This document shows, one piece after another, positions 23,146 to 36,682 of a DNA stretch of 64,000 bases. Below the pieces are notes generated by a model, which saw only the letters and a list, made by a program, of their open reading frames with translations, was not told the origin of the DNA and ran no database searches. Both the position numbers and the translations under genes were made by a program. The stretch's first letter is position 1, and each line of letters starts with the position of its first letter. Source of the stretch: Octopus vulgaris (lineage: Eukaryota); NCBI GenBank assembly GCA_951406725.2, contig OX597818.1, forward strand, positions 110,422,001 to 110,486,000, read 5' to 3'.

Positions 23146-24063
23146 AACCTTAACCCTAATTTGCTGCATGTACATATGGATATCCCTTAGTGCACGGAGA
23201 ATTCATAAAACATATTTTTAAACAAGAAGATGGAATGAACAAACTTTAATCACAGGTCACGTGCACTCCGGACAGCTGTAAGTTGATGCGTTTTCCATGA
23301 ATACATATCATCATATAAATATATAAATGTGATTCAGTCGTGGTTGTATATTTGCACGCCATCAGATAAGTGACCTTGAGAGCTGTAGTGGATTAAATAC
23401 AGTTCTTTTATACACACAAACACAGTGAAAGACACACATGCATGCATACATACATATACAAACAAACTCTCACTCACACACACACGCACATACATACAGA
23501 TATATGTATAAGACAAGGTATAAAGAACAGCGATTGCTTTACTGTAGTAAACTTGGCTTACAACTGTTTCCGGTAGTCATTATAGGTTCGATATTCATTG
23601 GTTTACTCAGTCGGTTCACTGATCGATTGAGAAAAGCTGAACGAGCTCGAGAGATATTGTACTCAGGTGAGAACCAAACAGTCAAATGACAAATGAGCGG
23701 AGAGAGGTAATTAATACAAGGTGAGAGGAAGAGAGATAAAGAGAAAAGGGGAAAGCGATGAGCTGGAGAAGAACTAAAAGAAAGAGAAGGAAAGAAAAGG
23801 AAGAGAGAAATAAAGAGGAACAATAGGGGAGGTGAGTATGGGACGGAAGAATGAAGACAGAAAGAAATAAGCGATGGCCAGAAATCTATTTGGAACGGCA
23901 ATAAAATGTTAGCGGCCTTGCTCTGTTTATCATCACAATCAAAAACACTTGCATTGTCTTCTGGCCAAACACTCTACTATCTAAGATGGAGTGTTGAAAT
24001 TTTGATTTGTACAATTTAAGGTTCATGGTCGACTTCTTAATCTTTAATATTGGGTCATTCCTA

Positions 24064-24298
24064 AGGTGGCGAGCTGGCAGAAACGTTAGCACACCGGGCG
24101 AAATGCCTAGCGATATTTCGACTGCCGTTACGTTCTGAGTTCAAATTCCGCCGAGGTCGACTTTGCCTTTCATCCTTTCGGGGTCGATTAAATAAGTACC
24201 AGTTACGCACTGGGTCGATAAAATCGACTTGATCCGTTTGTCTGTCCTTGTTTGTCCTCTCTGTGTTTAGAACCTTGTGGATAGTAAAGAAATACGTA
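24064..24298 (+). mobile_element. SINE family B, near full length
   Basis: GGTGGCGAGCTGGCAGAAACGTTAGC...GAGTTCAAATTCCGCC...TAGTAAAGAAATA. Confidence 0.9.
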
Positions 24299-24739
24299 TT
24301 TATTTATGCCCGTCTTCTAATCAAACTGCACATGTGTGTGTATGTGTGCGTGTACATGAATGGTCCATTATACTAAACATGCTGTTTCTTTTCCTTCTAT
24401 CAATTTGTTTATGAAAGATGTCACCGTCTTTCAACAGATTTCTGCAATGTGCTATATTAAATCTTCCAGACCCTGCAAGCATATTCGCAATAGATTTTTA
24501 AAAAAAACAAAAAGTGTTTCTCTTAACGTGTCTGCGTAGCTGTAACAACTTTCTGGCGCTTGTCAGTAAAGAAAGGAAAATAGGCATTTGAAATGTACTT
24601 CATCTTACAACGTACGAAAATATCAAAATGTCATTCCTATTGCCATTAGCCTTGAACGAGGTTTTGTGCCGCCTATACGTGCGCACACACGCACACGCAC
24701 ACACACACACACACACACATACACACACACATACCCCGT

Positions 24740-24774
<35 letters not shown>

Positions 24775-24810
24775 GCACACACACAATATTCTATTGTAGG
24801 ATGTTAAGTG

Positions 24811-24844
<34 letters not shown>

Positions 24845-24845
<1 letters not shown>

Positions 24846-25111
24846 GCGTCGAGCTTACGATCGTGAGGTTGTGAGTTCGAATCCCAGACCGGGCTGCGTG
24901 TTGTGTTCTTGAGCAAGACATTTTATTTCACTGGTGCCAACCTGTATCGGCCCCTTTATCTTTCCCTTGGGTAACATCGGTGGCGTGGAGAGGGGAGGCC
25001 GGTATGCATAGGTGACTCCTGGTCTTCCATAAACAACATTGCCCGGACTTGTGCCTGGAAGGATAACTTTCTAGGTGCAATCCCATGGTCATTCACTCCC
25101 GAAGGGGGTCT

Positions 25112-25112
<1 letters not shown>
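24845..25112 (+). mobile_element. SINE family D copy inserted in (TA)n
   Basis: Reverse complement of 22810-23125 with an internal deletion. Confidence 0.85.
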
Positions 25113-25167
<55 letters not shown>

Positions 25168-25169
25168 TA

Positions 25170-25480
25170 CGGCACTCCGTCGGTTACGGCGACGAGGGTT
25201 CCTGTTGATCCGATCCAAAGAACAGCCTGCACTTGTTCTAATTACGTTAAGGAGTGGCTGAGTACTCCTTAACGTAATGTGACAAGGTTGGCGCCTTTGA
25301 AATGCAGGTACAACAGAAACATGAAGAAAGAGTGACAGAAAGTTATGGTGGAAGAGTTCAGCAGGTTTCTCACCCTGCCGAAGCCTCGTGGATCTTTATG
25401 TGTTTTCGTTCAATAAGCACTCACAACGCCGGAATCTATGACCGCGAGTCCGCTACCCTAACCACGGGGCCATTGCGCCC
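25170..25480 (-). mobile_element. SINE family C
   Basis: Head GGCGCAATGGCCCC.TGGTTAAGG and tail AACCCTCGTCG.CGTAACCGACGGAGTGCC match 40438-40775. Confidence 0.8.
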
Positions 25481-25483
25481 CCC

Positions 25484-25568
<85 letters not shown>

Positions 25569-26046
25569 GTATGTATGTAACTTATAAATAAGAGTAAAAG
25601 AAAATATTCCAATGCCAAATATGCTGAGAATAGACTTTGAATCGTCAATAACCACATATAATTAATTCATCATTTTAAGCATGCGTCTCGAAGCAAACTG
25701 ACAGAAATTTCTAAAAACTTCTGTTGTTACCGAATCGGTTCGATTTCTGAGTTAATTCATAAAGAATTTTCTTGTCATCAGCGGCAAATATGTGAAGTGA
25801 TAAATGAAATACTTACTTGCACCCATGGAACAAGCAGAACGCAAAGTCATGAATACACTTAAGTACCCCAAATATATCGAAATAGAAATTTTGCAGTACG
25901 TTCTGTCAGCTTGCTTCGAGACGTGTGCTTATAATGATGAATTATATGTGTTTATTGATGATTTAAAATCTCTTTCTCGGCATATTTGACATAGGAATTA
26001 TTTCATTTGCCATTATTTATAAGTTGTTTATGTGTGTGCGCGCCTC

Positions 26047-26351
26047 ACTGGACTATCATCTCTTCGGCGCCACGAAAAAGGGTTTGAGAGGCGAACATTA
26101 TTCCAGAAACGAAGAAGTGAAAACTGTAGTGAAGAAGTGGCTCAAAGAACACTCAACAGAATTTTACGGGGCAGGGATACATGCTCTCATTCGAAAGTGG
26201 AACATTACTTTTGGGAGAAACGGTGACTATGTTGTTGAGAAGTAGAGATGTGATACACAGAGGACCAGCTTCAATTTGATTCATGTTATGTGTTGCTAAT
26301 TGTACCTGTCCGAAACAAAATGGCGGCATTACTTTTTGACTCACCCTCGTA
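26047..26351 (+). mobile_element. Mariner 3' fragment with right TIR
   Basis: DYHLFGATKKGLRGEHY...RNGDYVVEK; ends GACTCACCCTCG-TA. Confidence 0.85.
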
Positions 26352-27729
26352 TATATTACAATCAAATTGTCAAAACTACGATTAGTTCTCCCTTTCTTAG
26401 CTTCGCCTTCTTTTCTCTGCGCCTACTCTAAATGCATTGACACTTCTGGTTAAATATGTTAAACGATACAGTGAAGATATGCCCTCAGTATTTTTTTCAG
26501 CTATTTCTATCCTAAATTTAAATATGATAAAATCGATCACAGCCAAAACTTGGGAAGTTGACAGTTTTCCTTTAGATAAAGAGAATATTTTGGAAGCGGG
26601 TGACAGACATATTATTTCAAAGATGGTGGTGAAAAATGTTTTGTTTTTGTGAAGTTTTTGTATGTAAGTAGTAGAAAGGAATGTCCAGGTAGCTACTGAG
26701 GAATGTCCAGAGAAGTACAATTCTTTGGTTCAAAAAAATCAATTTTTTGTTTCAGCGAGTGGAAAAACTGTTTTTCTGCATCAATTATTTGCTTTTTTGT
26801 ATTGGTAATTTTGGTTTGTTATTTTTTATTTGTGTGTGTGCGTGCGTGCGTGTGTGCAAAGTTTATCGATCGCCATTATCTACCGCCTTCTGGTGCAAAG
26901 TATCATAAAATACGGTTGTATTTCTTTATGTATTCTAAGTTCAAAAGAAACTTCTTAGGATTCTCCCAAGATGCATTGAATTATTTTCATAGAGTAGAAT
27001 TATTCTGTATTGTGTTAGAAACCGTTATTATTATTGAGGAAACTCACGTCTATCTTCACACAAGCTAGTGGTCACCCATTACGTTTTTAGATATATTCCT
27101 GAATATAAAAGCCTGTGTGTGAGTGCACCAATCAATAGGAGAATAAGCTTAGCATCTTTGTGCATCTGTTTTTATACATATCACAATATCTATCTGTGTT
27201 TCCCTACCTATTAATGTCTGAGCTCAATGGTCTTCAGTGCGCGCGTGTGGTTTTACTTCTGTATACTCAATGTTCGAGTCTACAAGTGATTTTTTTTCTG
27301 TATCAATAATACATATCTGTATGTATGTTTATGCGTGTGTTTGTTGAGGTATGTATACGTGCGTGTCTATATCAATGAAGAATGAAGCATATGACTATAT
27401 TCATTGCCTTACCAAACGTATAAATAAGTATGTGTGTGTGTGTGTGTGTGTGCGTGTGTGTATGTGTGTGTGTGTATATATATATATACCTTATATATTC
27501 GTTTTGCAAGATTCTTGATGTGAGTTCGTGTGTTGAAACAGATATTGTTGTATTTAGGGGTGGTTATGTTGCCAGTTTAGTCAATAAAAACACACGCACT
27601 ATATATTTGATGTTAATTTGCTTCAGCGTTATTTATTTTTTTACATTAATCTTAATCTTATTTCGGCCAGCGTTCTTTCGTCACACTTCTGTGACCTCAT
27701 CAGTGGTCCTTTGCTTTATTCTTTCGTAA

Positions 27730-27793
27730 TGGCAGACGAAATGCCGCTAAGCATCTCGTCCGGCGCGCTAACGATTCTGCCAGCTCGCCGCCT
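27730..27793 (-). mobile_element. SINE family B head only
   Basis: Minus strand GGCGGCGAGCTGGCAGAATCGTTAGCGCGCCGG. Confidence 0.75.
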
Positions 27794-28542
27794 TTTGTAG
27801 CAACTACAATGTCCAGATAAACAAAACTAAAATAAATATTTACGTCAGACATTTGTTTCGTCTTCAGTTTGAAGGAGCACAATGCTCTCGATGCTTGGTT
27901 CTATTAGTTTTAACATTCCTACTCCATGTTTAATTTCAAGAATTTCACTTTGAACGAGATCCTACAGCAACGAGACACGAGAATCTAGAATTTCTTCAGA
28001 AATTTGATGTTGTAATCCGCTTTGATAATTCAAACATTTGAAGAACGAGATGGCGGGGTGGAAAATATTTTGTCTGTGATGTCATAGAACCTGTTTTAAC
28101 CACCAAATATTCCATTGGGTTTCTCTTTGAAACCAGAATATGCCATGAGTGATATTCTACAGAAAAAAAAAACATATTTGATAAACTGAAACACAATATC
28201 AAATACACGGACACTGACACACGCATGCCTACACAACATCCGCATTACACACACTCACAAATCATTTTCGCTTCAAAGTTTAAGCGATAGTTTAATTAAC
28301 CATTAAAGTGCTACTTCAATTAACGATTGACGTTCAGCTTAATATTTTGTTACTAAATCCTCACAAACATCATCGTCATCATCATCAACATCATCAACGT
28401 CATCATCATTATCAATATTATCATCAACTTCATCATCATCATCATCATTTTACGGACCGTCGTCGACGTCACCATTGCCAATTCTAAATTTTTTTTACAA
28501 TAAATGTAAATGAAAAGTAAATCAATGACTCAATTGTAAGAA

Positions 28543-28608
<66 letters not shown>

Positions 28609-28633
28609 AATAATAATAATAATAATAATAATA
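28543..28633. repeat. (AAT)n(AAC)n(AAT)n microsatellite
   Basis: Directly visible. Confidence 0.95.
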
Positions 28634-29061
28634 AGCAAATATTCTGCTCAATACCACAGATTTGCTTGTTAGTTGTTTGACTTTAACCAGTTGAGCGTGT
28701 CCCTTAGGGACTGACGATACGAGACGTAGGGGAGTATCATAGCCATGTGTTGAGAGGGATTCTTTGGGGTTTGAATAATTCACCTCTAGAAACATGGGAG
28801 TTTCGTTCAACATCCTTAAACTACCCTTATTCAAGGACCTTTTGAGCGGGGTGGGTTGCTCGACCAGAAGAAAATTCTAACTGGGGCCCCACCTGCAAGG
28901 TCATGTGCTGTTTATCTTGATTTGTGATTACTATGTCGCGCACATATGGTTGTGATGCATGTACCTGGTGTACCCTTATCAGACGGGTAGTCATGATGGG
29001 TATACTGGGCTTCGTATATTTTATCCCGGTGTCACTTTGATGGCATGCACTGCTCTCTCAC

Positions 29062-29063
<2 letters not shown>
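28634..29063 (+). mobile_element. Non-coding 3' fragment of an (AAT)n-associated retroelement
   Basis: Bounded by (AAT)n on both sides; its last ~55 bp recur at 7672-7727, again followed by (AAT)n. Confidence 0.65.
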
Positions 29064-29128
<65 letters not shown>

Positions 29129-29249
29129 TAATAATAAAAATGATAATAATGATAATAATAATAATAATGATAATAATAATAATAATAATGATAATAATAA
29201 AAATGATAATAATGATAATAATAATAATAATGATAATAATAATAATAAC

Positions 29250-29320
<71 letters not shown>
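29064..29320. repeat. Long compound (AAT/GAT)n microsatellite with higher-order duplication
   Basis: GATAATAATAAAAATGATAATAATGAT block occurs twice about 63 bp apart. Confidence 0.95.
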
Positions 29321-29321
<1 letters not shown>

Positions 29322-31015
29322 GACAGTTATTAAAGACTATTAAAGACAGTTCATGGATTTACCAAAGAAATAGATATGAAATTTGGATTAGAAAAATGCG
29401 CCAAAGTAACCATGAAAAGAGGAAAACTAGTTAAGAATAGCAACATCACACTAGATAAAACCAATGAAATAAAAGAATTAGACCAAAGCCAAACTTACAA
29501 ATACTTAGGAATCCATGAACTAGATAAGACACAACACACACAAATGAAAGAGAAAATAAAAAAAGAATATTATAGACGAGTTAGATCAATACTAAAAACA
29601 GAGCTCAATGCTAAAAACAAGATAATAGGTATTAACACTTTAGCTGTCCCAGTTATAAGTTACAGCTACAATATCCTTAACTGGACACTAAATGAACTGA
29701 CTAAAATAGATAGGAAGACAAGAAAAATAATGACAGTATCTAGAATGCATCACCCAAAATCTGACTTAGAAAGACTATATATACAACGTATAGAAGGTTG
29801 TAGAGGCCTTATACAGCTGGAAAACTACTATAAAATAACCACCATGGGACTGAAAAAATATCTACTTCAGAAGGAAGGAAAACTGATACAAATAGCGGCA
29901 AAACACGAGCAAAAAAAAAACTGTTCTCAGTATTTAAGGAAGCTGACAAATACAAACAAGAAATCATACAACCTAATAAATATGAAGAAGAAGAAGAAGA
30001 AGAAGAAGAAGAAGAAGAAGAAGAAGAAGAAGAAGAAGAAGAAGAAGAAGAAGAAGAAGAAGAAGAAGAAGGGATGAAGAAACAACAAAAGCTATAAAAC
30101 AAATGAAATCCAAACTAAAAATAGAACAGCAACGAACCATGATAAAACGATGGCAAGAAAAGCCCCTTCATGGTAAATACTGGACTAAACTAAACGCAAA
30201 AGAAATAGACAAAGAAAAATCCCAGCAATGGTTGAGAAGCTCAGGACTCAAAGCAGAGACAGAGGGATTTTTAATTGCAGCACAAGACCAAAGCCTCCCC
30301 ACCAGAAATTACCAAAAACATGTAATGAAAAGAAATATAACAAGTAACTGCAGAATATGTGGAGATGGACAAGAAACAATAAATCACATTATCTCTAGCT
30401 GCCCAGTCCTGGCTAAGAAGGAATATATTCACAGACATGACAGAGTCGGAACCTACATACATTGGAAGCTATGCCAACATTATGGAATAACAACAGAAAA
30501 AAGATGGTATAGGCACACACTAGAAAAGGTCACAGAAAACGAGAAAGCAACCATACTCTGGGATATGCCGATACACACAGATAGAGAAATTAAGGCCAAC
30601 AGACCAGATATAGTTGTCAGAGATCAGGAAGAAAAACAATGCTTTCTAATTGATGTATCAATACCGGCAGATGACAACGTGTCTCTAAAAGAAATGGAGA
30701 AACTCTCAAAATACAAAGACCTGGAAATAGAGGTAACCAGAATGTGGAATCTAAAAACAGAAACAATTCCTATCATAGTAGGTGCATTAGGCATGATAAA
30801 AAAATATTCAGACAAATATATAACAAAAACACCAGGACTTACAAACACATATAACATACAGAAAATTGCACTACTAGGCACTGCACACATCCTACGCAGA
30901 ACACTTTCCATACAATAACCATCAGAGCATCACAACAAATCACAGCGCATACCTAAGGTACGCAGAGCTGCGCTCGGTAGTGAAGTGAAAGCACGCTATA
31001 AAAATAAAACTACTG
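29320..31015 (+). mobile_element. 5'-truncated R4/Dong-type RLE LINE (RT thumb, CCHC knuckle, RLE endonuclease)
   Basis: MKFGLEKCA, YKYLG, AAQDQSL.TRNY, CRICG...ETINHIISSCP, HRHD, ANRPDIVV...LIDVS.P...EK..KY; two frameshifts; (AAT)n at both ends. Confidence 0.93.
29984..30070. repeat. (GAA)~29 microsatellite inside the LINE ORF
   Basis: Directly visible. Confidence 0.95.
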
Positions 31016-31016
31016 A

Positions 31017-31087
<71 letters not shown>

Positions 31088-31625
31088 TTTCCCCGTGGTT
31101 TCGAATCCTGGTTTGATGTTCGGCGAAGAATATCCTTTTTCGTAAGTAGAAAGATCTCTTTAGTTTTGGTTAACAATTTTTCTAGAAAAGGTGTCTAGAA
31201 AAAACACTCCTCATTCATGGGTGAAAATGTCTAATAATGATTCTACAAATAACGACGTTGACAAGACTGAAACCAACGGTGGAAGTACTGGGTCCGGTAT
31301 GGGATCTACTGCTCTGCAAGATAGACCCGACCGTCATCAAATGACTGCAAGGGGGGTGTGGGATGAAAAAAATAAGATCTGTTGTGATTAAGTGTTATTA
31401 CAGAGCAATCCAGCTGATGAAAAATTCAATCCCAAATAGAGGATATGGACAGAGGATGTTCGGAAAATGGTCTGAGAGTGGTCTGTGTGAAACAACGGAG
31501 CAAAAACTGAGTGACCAAGCTAGAGCAATCTGCAAAAGCAATGGTTAACGAGTTAGAGCTGGAAGACATACGGAGGAGAATCAATGACATCCAAATTAAA
31601 GAATCAACTGAGGAAGACAGCACTC
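31088..31625 (+). mobile_element. 5' end (UTR and N-terminal ORF relic) of an R4/Dong-type LINE
   Basis: VVIKCYYRA...RGYGQRMFGKW...TEQKLSDQARAI resembles the R4/Dong N-terminus; starts right after (AAT)n. Confidence 0.7.
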
Positions 31626-32171
31626 ATACTTCTGGTTGAAGGTAGAAAGCCTAGATGTTACACATGTGAAAGCCATATATGGAGTGTCTCTCAAGAGGAA
31701 GAGGTAGTGGAGAGCAGGCAAGAGTTGATGCAGCGACAATAGCGGGAAACACAGAAACCGTTATTCTCATAACATCACCTGTCGCATCTCCGAAGATTAA
31801 ATTAGTTCGTACTCACAACAAAGATGCAATGCCAAGAAGAAGCAACGAGAAATCAAAACAACCCCGACTCCAGGACAAAGCTGATCCTTAGCCGCACATT
31901 TTGTGTTGCTACTCCATCATCTTGTACAGAAGGAAACAGATACTGGTTGGAGAGTATGACATCCTATCAGGAAAAGCAAAATAGAAGAAATGAAGGTTAG
32001 AATAACGAAGCGCAAATCAAAGACGTGATTCTCTATTCTTAGAATCAATGACGAGGGTTTAGTGGATCTTTTGACCGGCATCAAAGAAGAAACGATCTGT
32101 TGAACGAAGGACGGGCAGAAAAAAGAATATAGTTTTGAATCATTCATTCATAACATCATATAAGATATTAA

Positions 32172-32239
<68 letters not shown>

Positions 32240-32259
32240 TATATATATACATATTCATA

Positions 32260-32300
<41 letters not shown>

Positions 32301-32439
32301 GCACTTTTTCAATGTGTACAAATAACAGAAAAAAATGAATAAATAGTTACATGGGTAGCAAAAATTCATATAAATACCATGGGTGTTACAGCCTACTAAT
32401 AAAGATAGAAGTTCCAGGATTTAGTGAAATATTTTTATA

Positions 32440-32625
32440 TAACATAAGTTAAGAAATGGAGTTACACGCAGGTGTTATTCAAATCTTTATACTTCCGACA
32501 TATGTTTCGAAGAAAACATTGGTATTATTCCTTCAGAAATAATATCAATGTTTCTTTGTAACATATGTCGGAAGTATAAAGATTTGAATAACACCTGCGT
32601 TTTACTCGATTTCTTAATTTATATA
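32440..32625. repeat. Near-perfect ~185-bp fold-back element containing a hammerhead-like half
   Basis: ACGCAGGTGTTATTCAAATCTTTATACTTCCGACATATGTT mirrored by AACATATGTCGGAAGTATAAAGATTTGAATAACACCTGCGT; centre ~32533. Confidence 0.9.
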
Positions 32626-32631
32626 TATATA

Positions 32632-33000
32632 CTAGCAGCTAAGCCCGGTTTCACCCAGTCTGTTTGGATGATGTGGCTGTGATCGTTTTCGGTTAGGCAT
32701 AATGTACAATAGCGTTTCTCAACCTTATCATTTTGGGTCCCCTGTTCCAATTGGAGCCTCCAGCTGTATGAAAATTTCCTGACTTCCCCACCCCCTTGTC
32801 AGAAAACAGCTTCAGCAGTTGTGAAGAATGAATTTGTACGTAGTCTGTTTCTGAGAGCTATTCTGTTGGACCTCTGTCTAATCATTAAAACATTGATTTA
32901 ATTATGAACATAGAAAGAAATTATACGTTAATCCCTATTTTTGTAAGCAGTTGTATCCATAAAAATTTTATTTGCAGAGAGCAGAAATTGAAAGAAGATA
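32632..33000 (-). mobile_element. Helitron 3' end (far boundary uncertain)
   Basis: Minus strand CTGGGTGAAACCGGG hairpin then CTTAGCTG-CTAG|T, adjoining (TA)n. Confidence 0.6.
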
Positions 33001-33819
33001 TATGAAATGGACGTGTGTGTGTGTGTGTGTGTGCGCGTGTGTGTGTGTGTGTGCGTGTGTGTGTGTGTGTGTTCGTGTGCGTGTATGTGTGTGTGTGTGT
33101 GTGTGCGTGTGCGTGCTTGCGCGTGTGTATTTGTTTACGATAGTTGATTTATGGAAAAGATTGTGTTAAATTTTTGAAATGCAAATATGTGAATGAAAAT
33201 TAAGTTCAGACCTCTACATGGTAGCTAGACATGTTAGAAATAGCAGCCAAATATCACTCAAAATAACCTACTGTCTTAATCCGACAATTGTGCCTATTAT
33301 GTAGTTTGGATGCGAAACTATAGCTAACGATAAAGATTATTAACTCCGAAGAGGTGAAAGAATAGAGACAACATAGCGAAAGTTTTGACTGACTGCCATC
33401 CTGTACTCCCCTTGTTGTTAGCGAAATGGTATATGCCGACTGTGTGAGCAACTGGTTGTTTTAATGGCGGAACAAACAGGGGAATTCCATTAGAAAAAGT
33501 TTTAATCGATTTTCTCGGTAAGTATGGGGGCTAGGAAAAATACAAACCGCATTCCAATCTATGCACCTGTCTCCACCTGTGTGCCATTTTTGACGCGAAT
33601 CCACCCACCCATTTGGCTGTGAACCACAAGACAAAAAAGAATACAACGATCGCCCATGTCCAATTTATGTTATAGATAATCTCCAAATTACATTGTGAAG
33701 AAGATGCCATAAGTTGGAAGCGTTTGACTGGTAGGATATTGGCTGAAAGAATGACCGCTATGGCTATTGCATGTATCCTGACCCAAACAGCAAGTCCAAG
33801 TATAAATCCTTTTTTGACA

Positions 33820-34660
33820 AAGTCATTGCTTGCCCTAAAAGAAGAATTCAGTGTGTCTGTTGGCACCGATGATCGGACATGAAAAGGAGTTATTGGGACA
33901 ATGCAGACGCTGAACTCAATACAAATGCAGAGGCCTTCTTCGACTTCTATTCTGGAAACGGGCTCTTCATTACGAACACGTTTTTCCAGCACAAAGATAT
34001 CCATAAAGAGACACGGTATACGAATATTTTCGAATTGAGGTTACTGATACCTTTTCCTATCGTCTTTGACCTCTTTGACTCTGTGCTGGACGGTCTTGTA
34101 AGGAGAGGGGCAGAGCAAGGAGAATTCACAAAACTGCTAAGTCCAGTCTGATTCACAGCATAAAGTGGAAAGCCCTGGTAGATGATGGGACTAGAAACAT
34201 GCGTAGACACTATTACATCCAAAATAAGAAACCTTCCTGAAGAAACGGAGGATGTCGAAAGGGACTGGAGACGGTATTGTTCGGCATTTTATTTTACTAT
34301 TGTAAATTGTTGTGGGCGAAAGCGGTTTGGGGTTGCAGCAAGCGGTAAAAAAATGTCCTCGCTTAACCAGAATGTTAAAAATGCTACTCGAGCAATGAAG
34401 GAAGCTTACAAAACTGGGCTTTCAAACAAGTTTCTCTCTTTCGCTGGCGGTTCACGGAAGAGCAAATCGTTGCTGCAGAGAGGCTAAATATCTTCAAGGC
34501 TAAGTCATAGGAGGAGTCTGGGTTAAAACTGGACTCTGGTTTTAGATTGACCAATAAAGTACTTTGGCAGACCATCTTCTGACTTCGAAACAAGAGGCCC
34601 TCTTCCACTCCTGCCATTAAGAACACAGCTGGCGTTCTTCTTTCTATTACACCCACGATC
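33820..34660 (+). mobile_element. Degenerate RTE-type LINE fragment (AP endonuclease and linker)
   Basis: ELNTNAEAFFDF...GLFITNTFFQHKDIHK matches the RTE endonuclease N.NG..LL.F...NTFF.HK pattern. Confidence 0.7.
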
Positions 34661-35676
34661 CTCTCTGGAATAGTAAGCGAAGATGGCTAGCAGGTTTGTG
34701 GGTATTGCAGCACAGCTTCTAGTAATGTTATTGTTTCCTTTAAAATGGATTTCCAGAAATATATTACTTTTAAAATTGCTTCTCACAGTTGAAGAACCAA
34801 TTTCTATACTTTTCCAAACTCTGTAATAATATTGTCTTCATTCTCCCATTCTTAATTTCCAAAATCTGCAAATCTGAATCAGTAAGCTCCCATCAGTTGA
34901 TTCTGTTGATTTCGATTTTCATTTTCTCACCAATTATTTTGTTTCTCTTTGTTTGCTTCTGTTTAAGTTACATTAATTCCGTTTCGTTTTTCATAGCCTT
35001 GTCATAGTTTTTTTTTTCTACTGATCTCTTTCTTTATTTATAGTTTTGTGTAGTAATTTTCTTGGTTAGATCAGTGAGGTTGAGGTTAGCCAACACCCGT
35101 AAATCTCTTTGATTTCAATTTCGCAGCATGTTCCGAAGAGCGAATTTTCTGATGGTGAAATTTTATTCTATATATAAGCCATTTTGTATTCCTTTTTGTT
35201 TTTCTTTCTTGGCATTTTTTTAGGGTAACAAATCTCGGAATATTATCACTATAGACGATAATGTTTATTCTAAAACCTTTCTCAGAAGGATTACTTCGAT
35301 ATTTTTCCTATCTCTACATTCTTACTGTCCTCTCTATTCGTTTGTCTTTTTTCTTTTTCTGTTGCAAATCTGTGGAATTCGTTAGGCATAACGTTCAGGA
35401 TGGATATTTTTTTCCACTAACGTCTTCAAGGTCTTTAAGGATTTTTTATTTGCTTCTATGCACGGATCTCTCTGCTTGGAATGGAAGTTTCGAAGATTTG
35501 TATGTTACAATATACTGAAAATGCCTTCACAAAAATTACATCACGTAACAAATATAGAACAGACAAAATACGTAAAAATCAGAAATACGCCGATGGTTTT
35601 GATGTGATTAACAAACAAATGTCATTTAATGCTTGAACATAATTTCAAAATACAATTTATAAAAAATATACATATA

Positions 35677-35837
35677 GGCGCAGGAGTGGCTGTGTGGTAG
35701 CTTGCTAACCAACCACATGGTTCCGGGTTCAGTCCCACTGCGTGGCATCTTGGGCAACTGTCTTCTGTTATAGCCCCGGGCCGACCAATGCCTTGTGAGT
35801 GGATTTGGTAGACGGAAACTGAAAGAAGCCTGTCGTA

Positions 35838-35919
<82 letters not shown>

Positions 35920-36125
35920 TGTGTCTGTGTTTGTCCCCCTAGCATTGCTTGACAACCGATGCTGGTGTGTTTACGTCCCCGTAACTTAGCGGTTCGGCAA
36001 AAGAGACCGATAGAATAAGTACTGGGCTTACAAAGAATAAGTCCCGGGGTCGATTTGCTCGACTAAAGGCGGAGCTCCAGCATGGCCGCAGTTAAATGAC
36101 TGAAACAAGTAAAAGAGTAAAGAGT
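35677..36125 (+). mobile_element. SINE family A, young full-length copy
   Basis: GGCGCAGGAGTGGCTGTGTGG head to (AAAGAGT)n tail. Confidence 0.92.
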
Positions 36126-36323
36126 ATAAATCGACTCACTTCATTCCTACTTTGTCATTTTCAAAATACGTAAATATTTTTATGATGTTTCTTTAAATGT
36201 TTCACATAATTTCAAAGGTAATTAAGAACACAGTAAAGGAGAAATATTATTCCTTTACCGAAATTCGGAAAGTTCAATGAGCTGCGACTCTAAATATTTC
36301 CATTTTCCTAAATTTAATAAACA

Positions 36324-36682
36324 GGCGTGGCTGTGTGGTAAGAGTCTTGATTCCAACTACGTGGGGTTCGGTTCAGTCTCATTGCGTTGTACCTTGATCA
36401 GACCAACCAAAGACTTTTGAGTGGATTTGGTAGACGAAAACTATGAAACCCGCCTGTTGTCAACTGCTGATGAGTGCAAGCACAAGGGGACACACACACA
36501 CTCGCACGCATACACGTGCGCGTGCGGTTTTAATTAGTTTATGCCCCCGTAACTTAGCGGTTCAACAAAATCGTGTGAAAGAAAAAATGCCAGGCTTAAA
36601 AGAATATAGATATTGGGGTCGATTTATATGACTAAATCCTTGAAGGCTATACCCCAGTCAAATGATTGAAACAACTAAATGA
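36324..36682 (+). mobile_element. Old SINE family A copy
   Basis: Same layout, diverged. Confidence 0.7.

Noticed and set aside
23143-23159. CCTAACCTTAACCCTAA telomere-like motif
   Set aside because: Fewer than three imperfect units; not distinguishable from chance.
23586-23672. Possible exon ending CAG|GTGAGA
   Set aside because: Weak acceptor and no recognisable protein motif; unsupported without transcript data.
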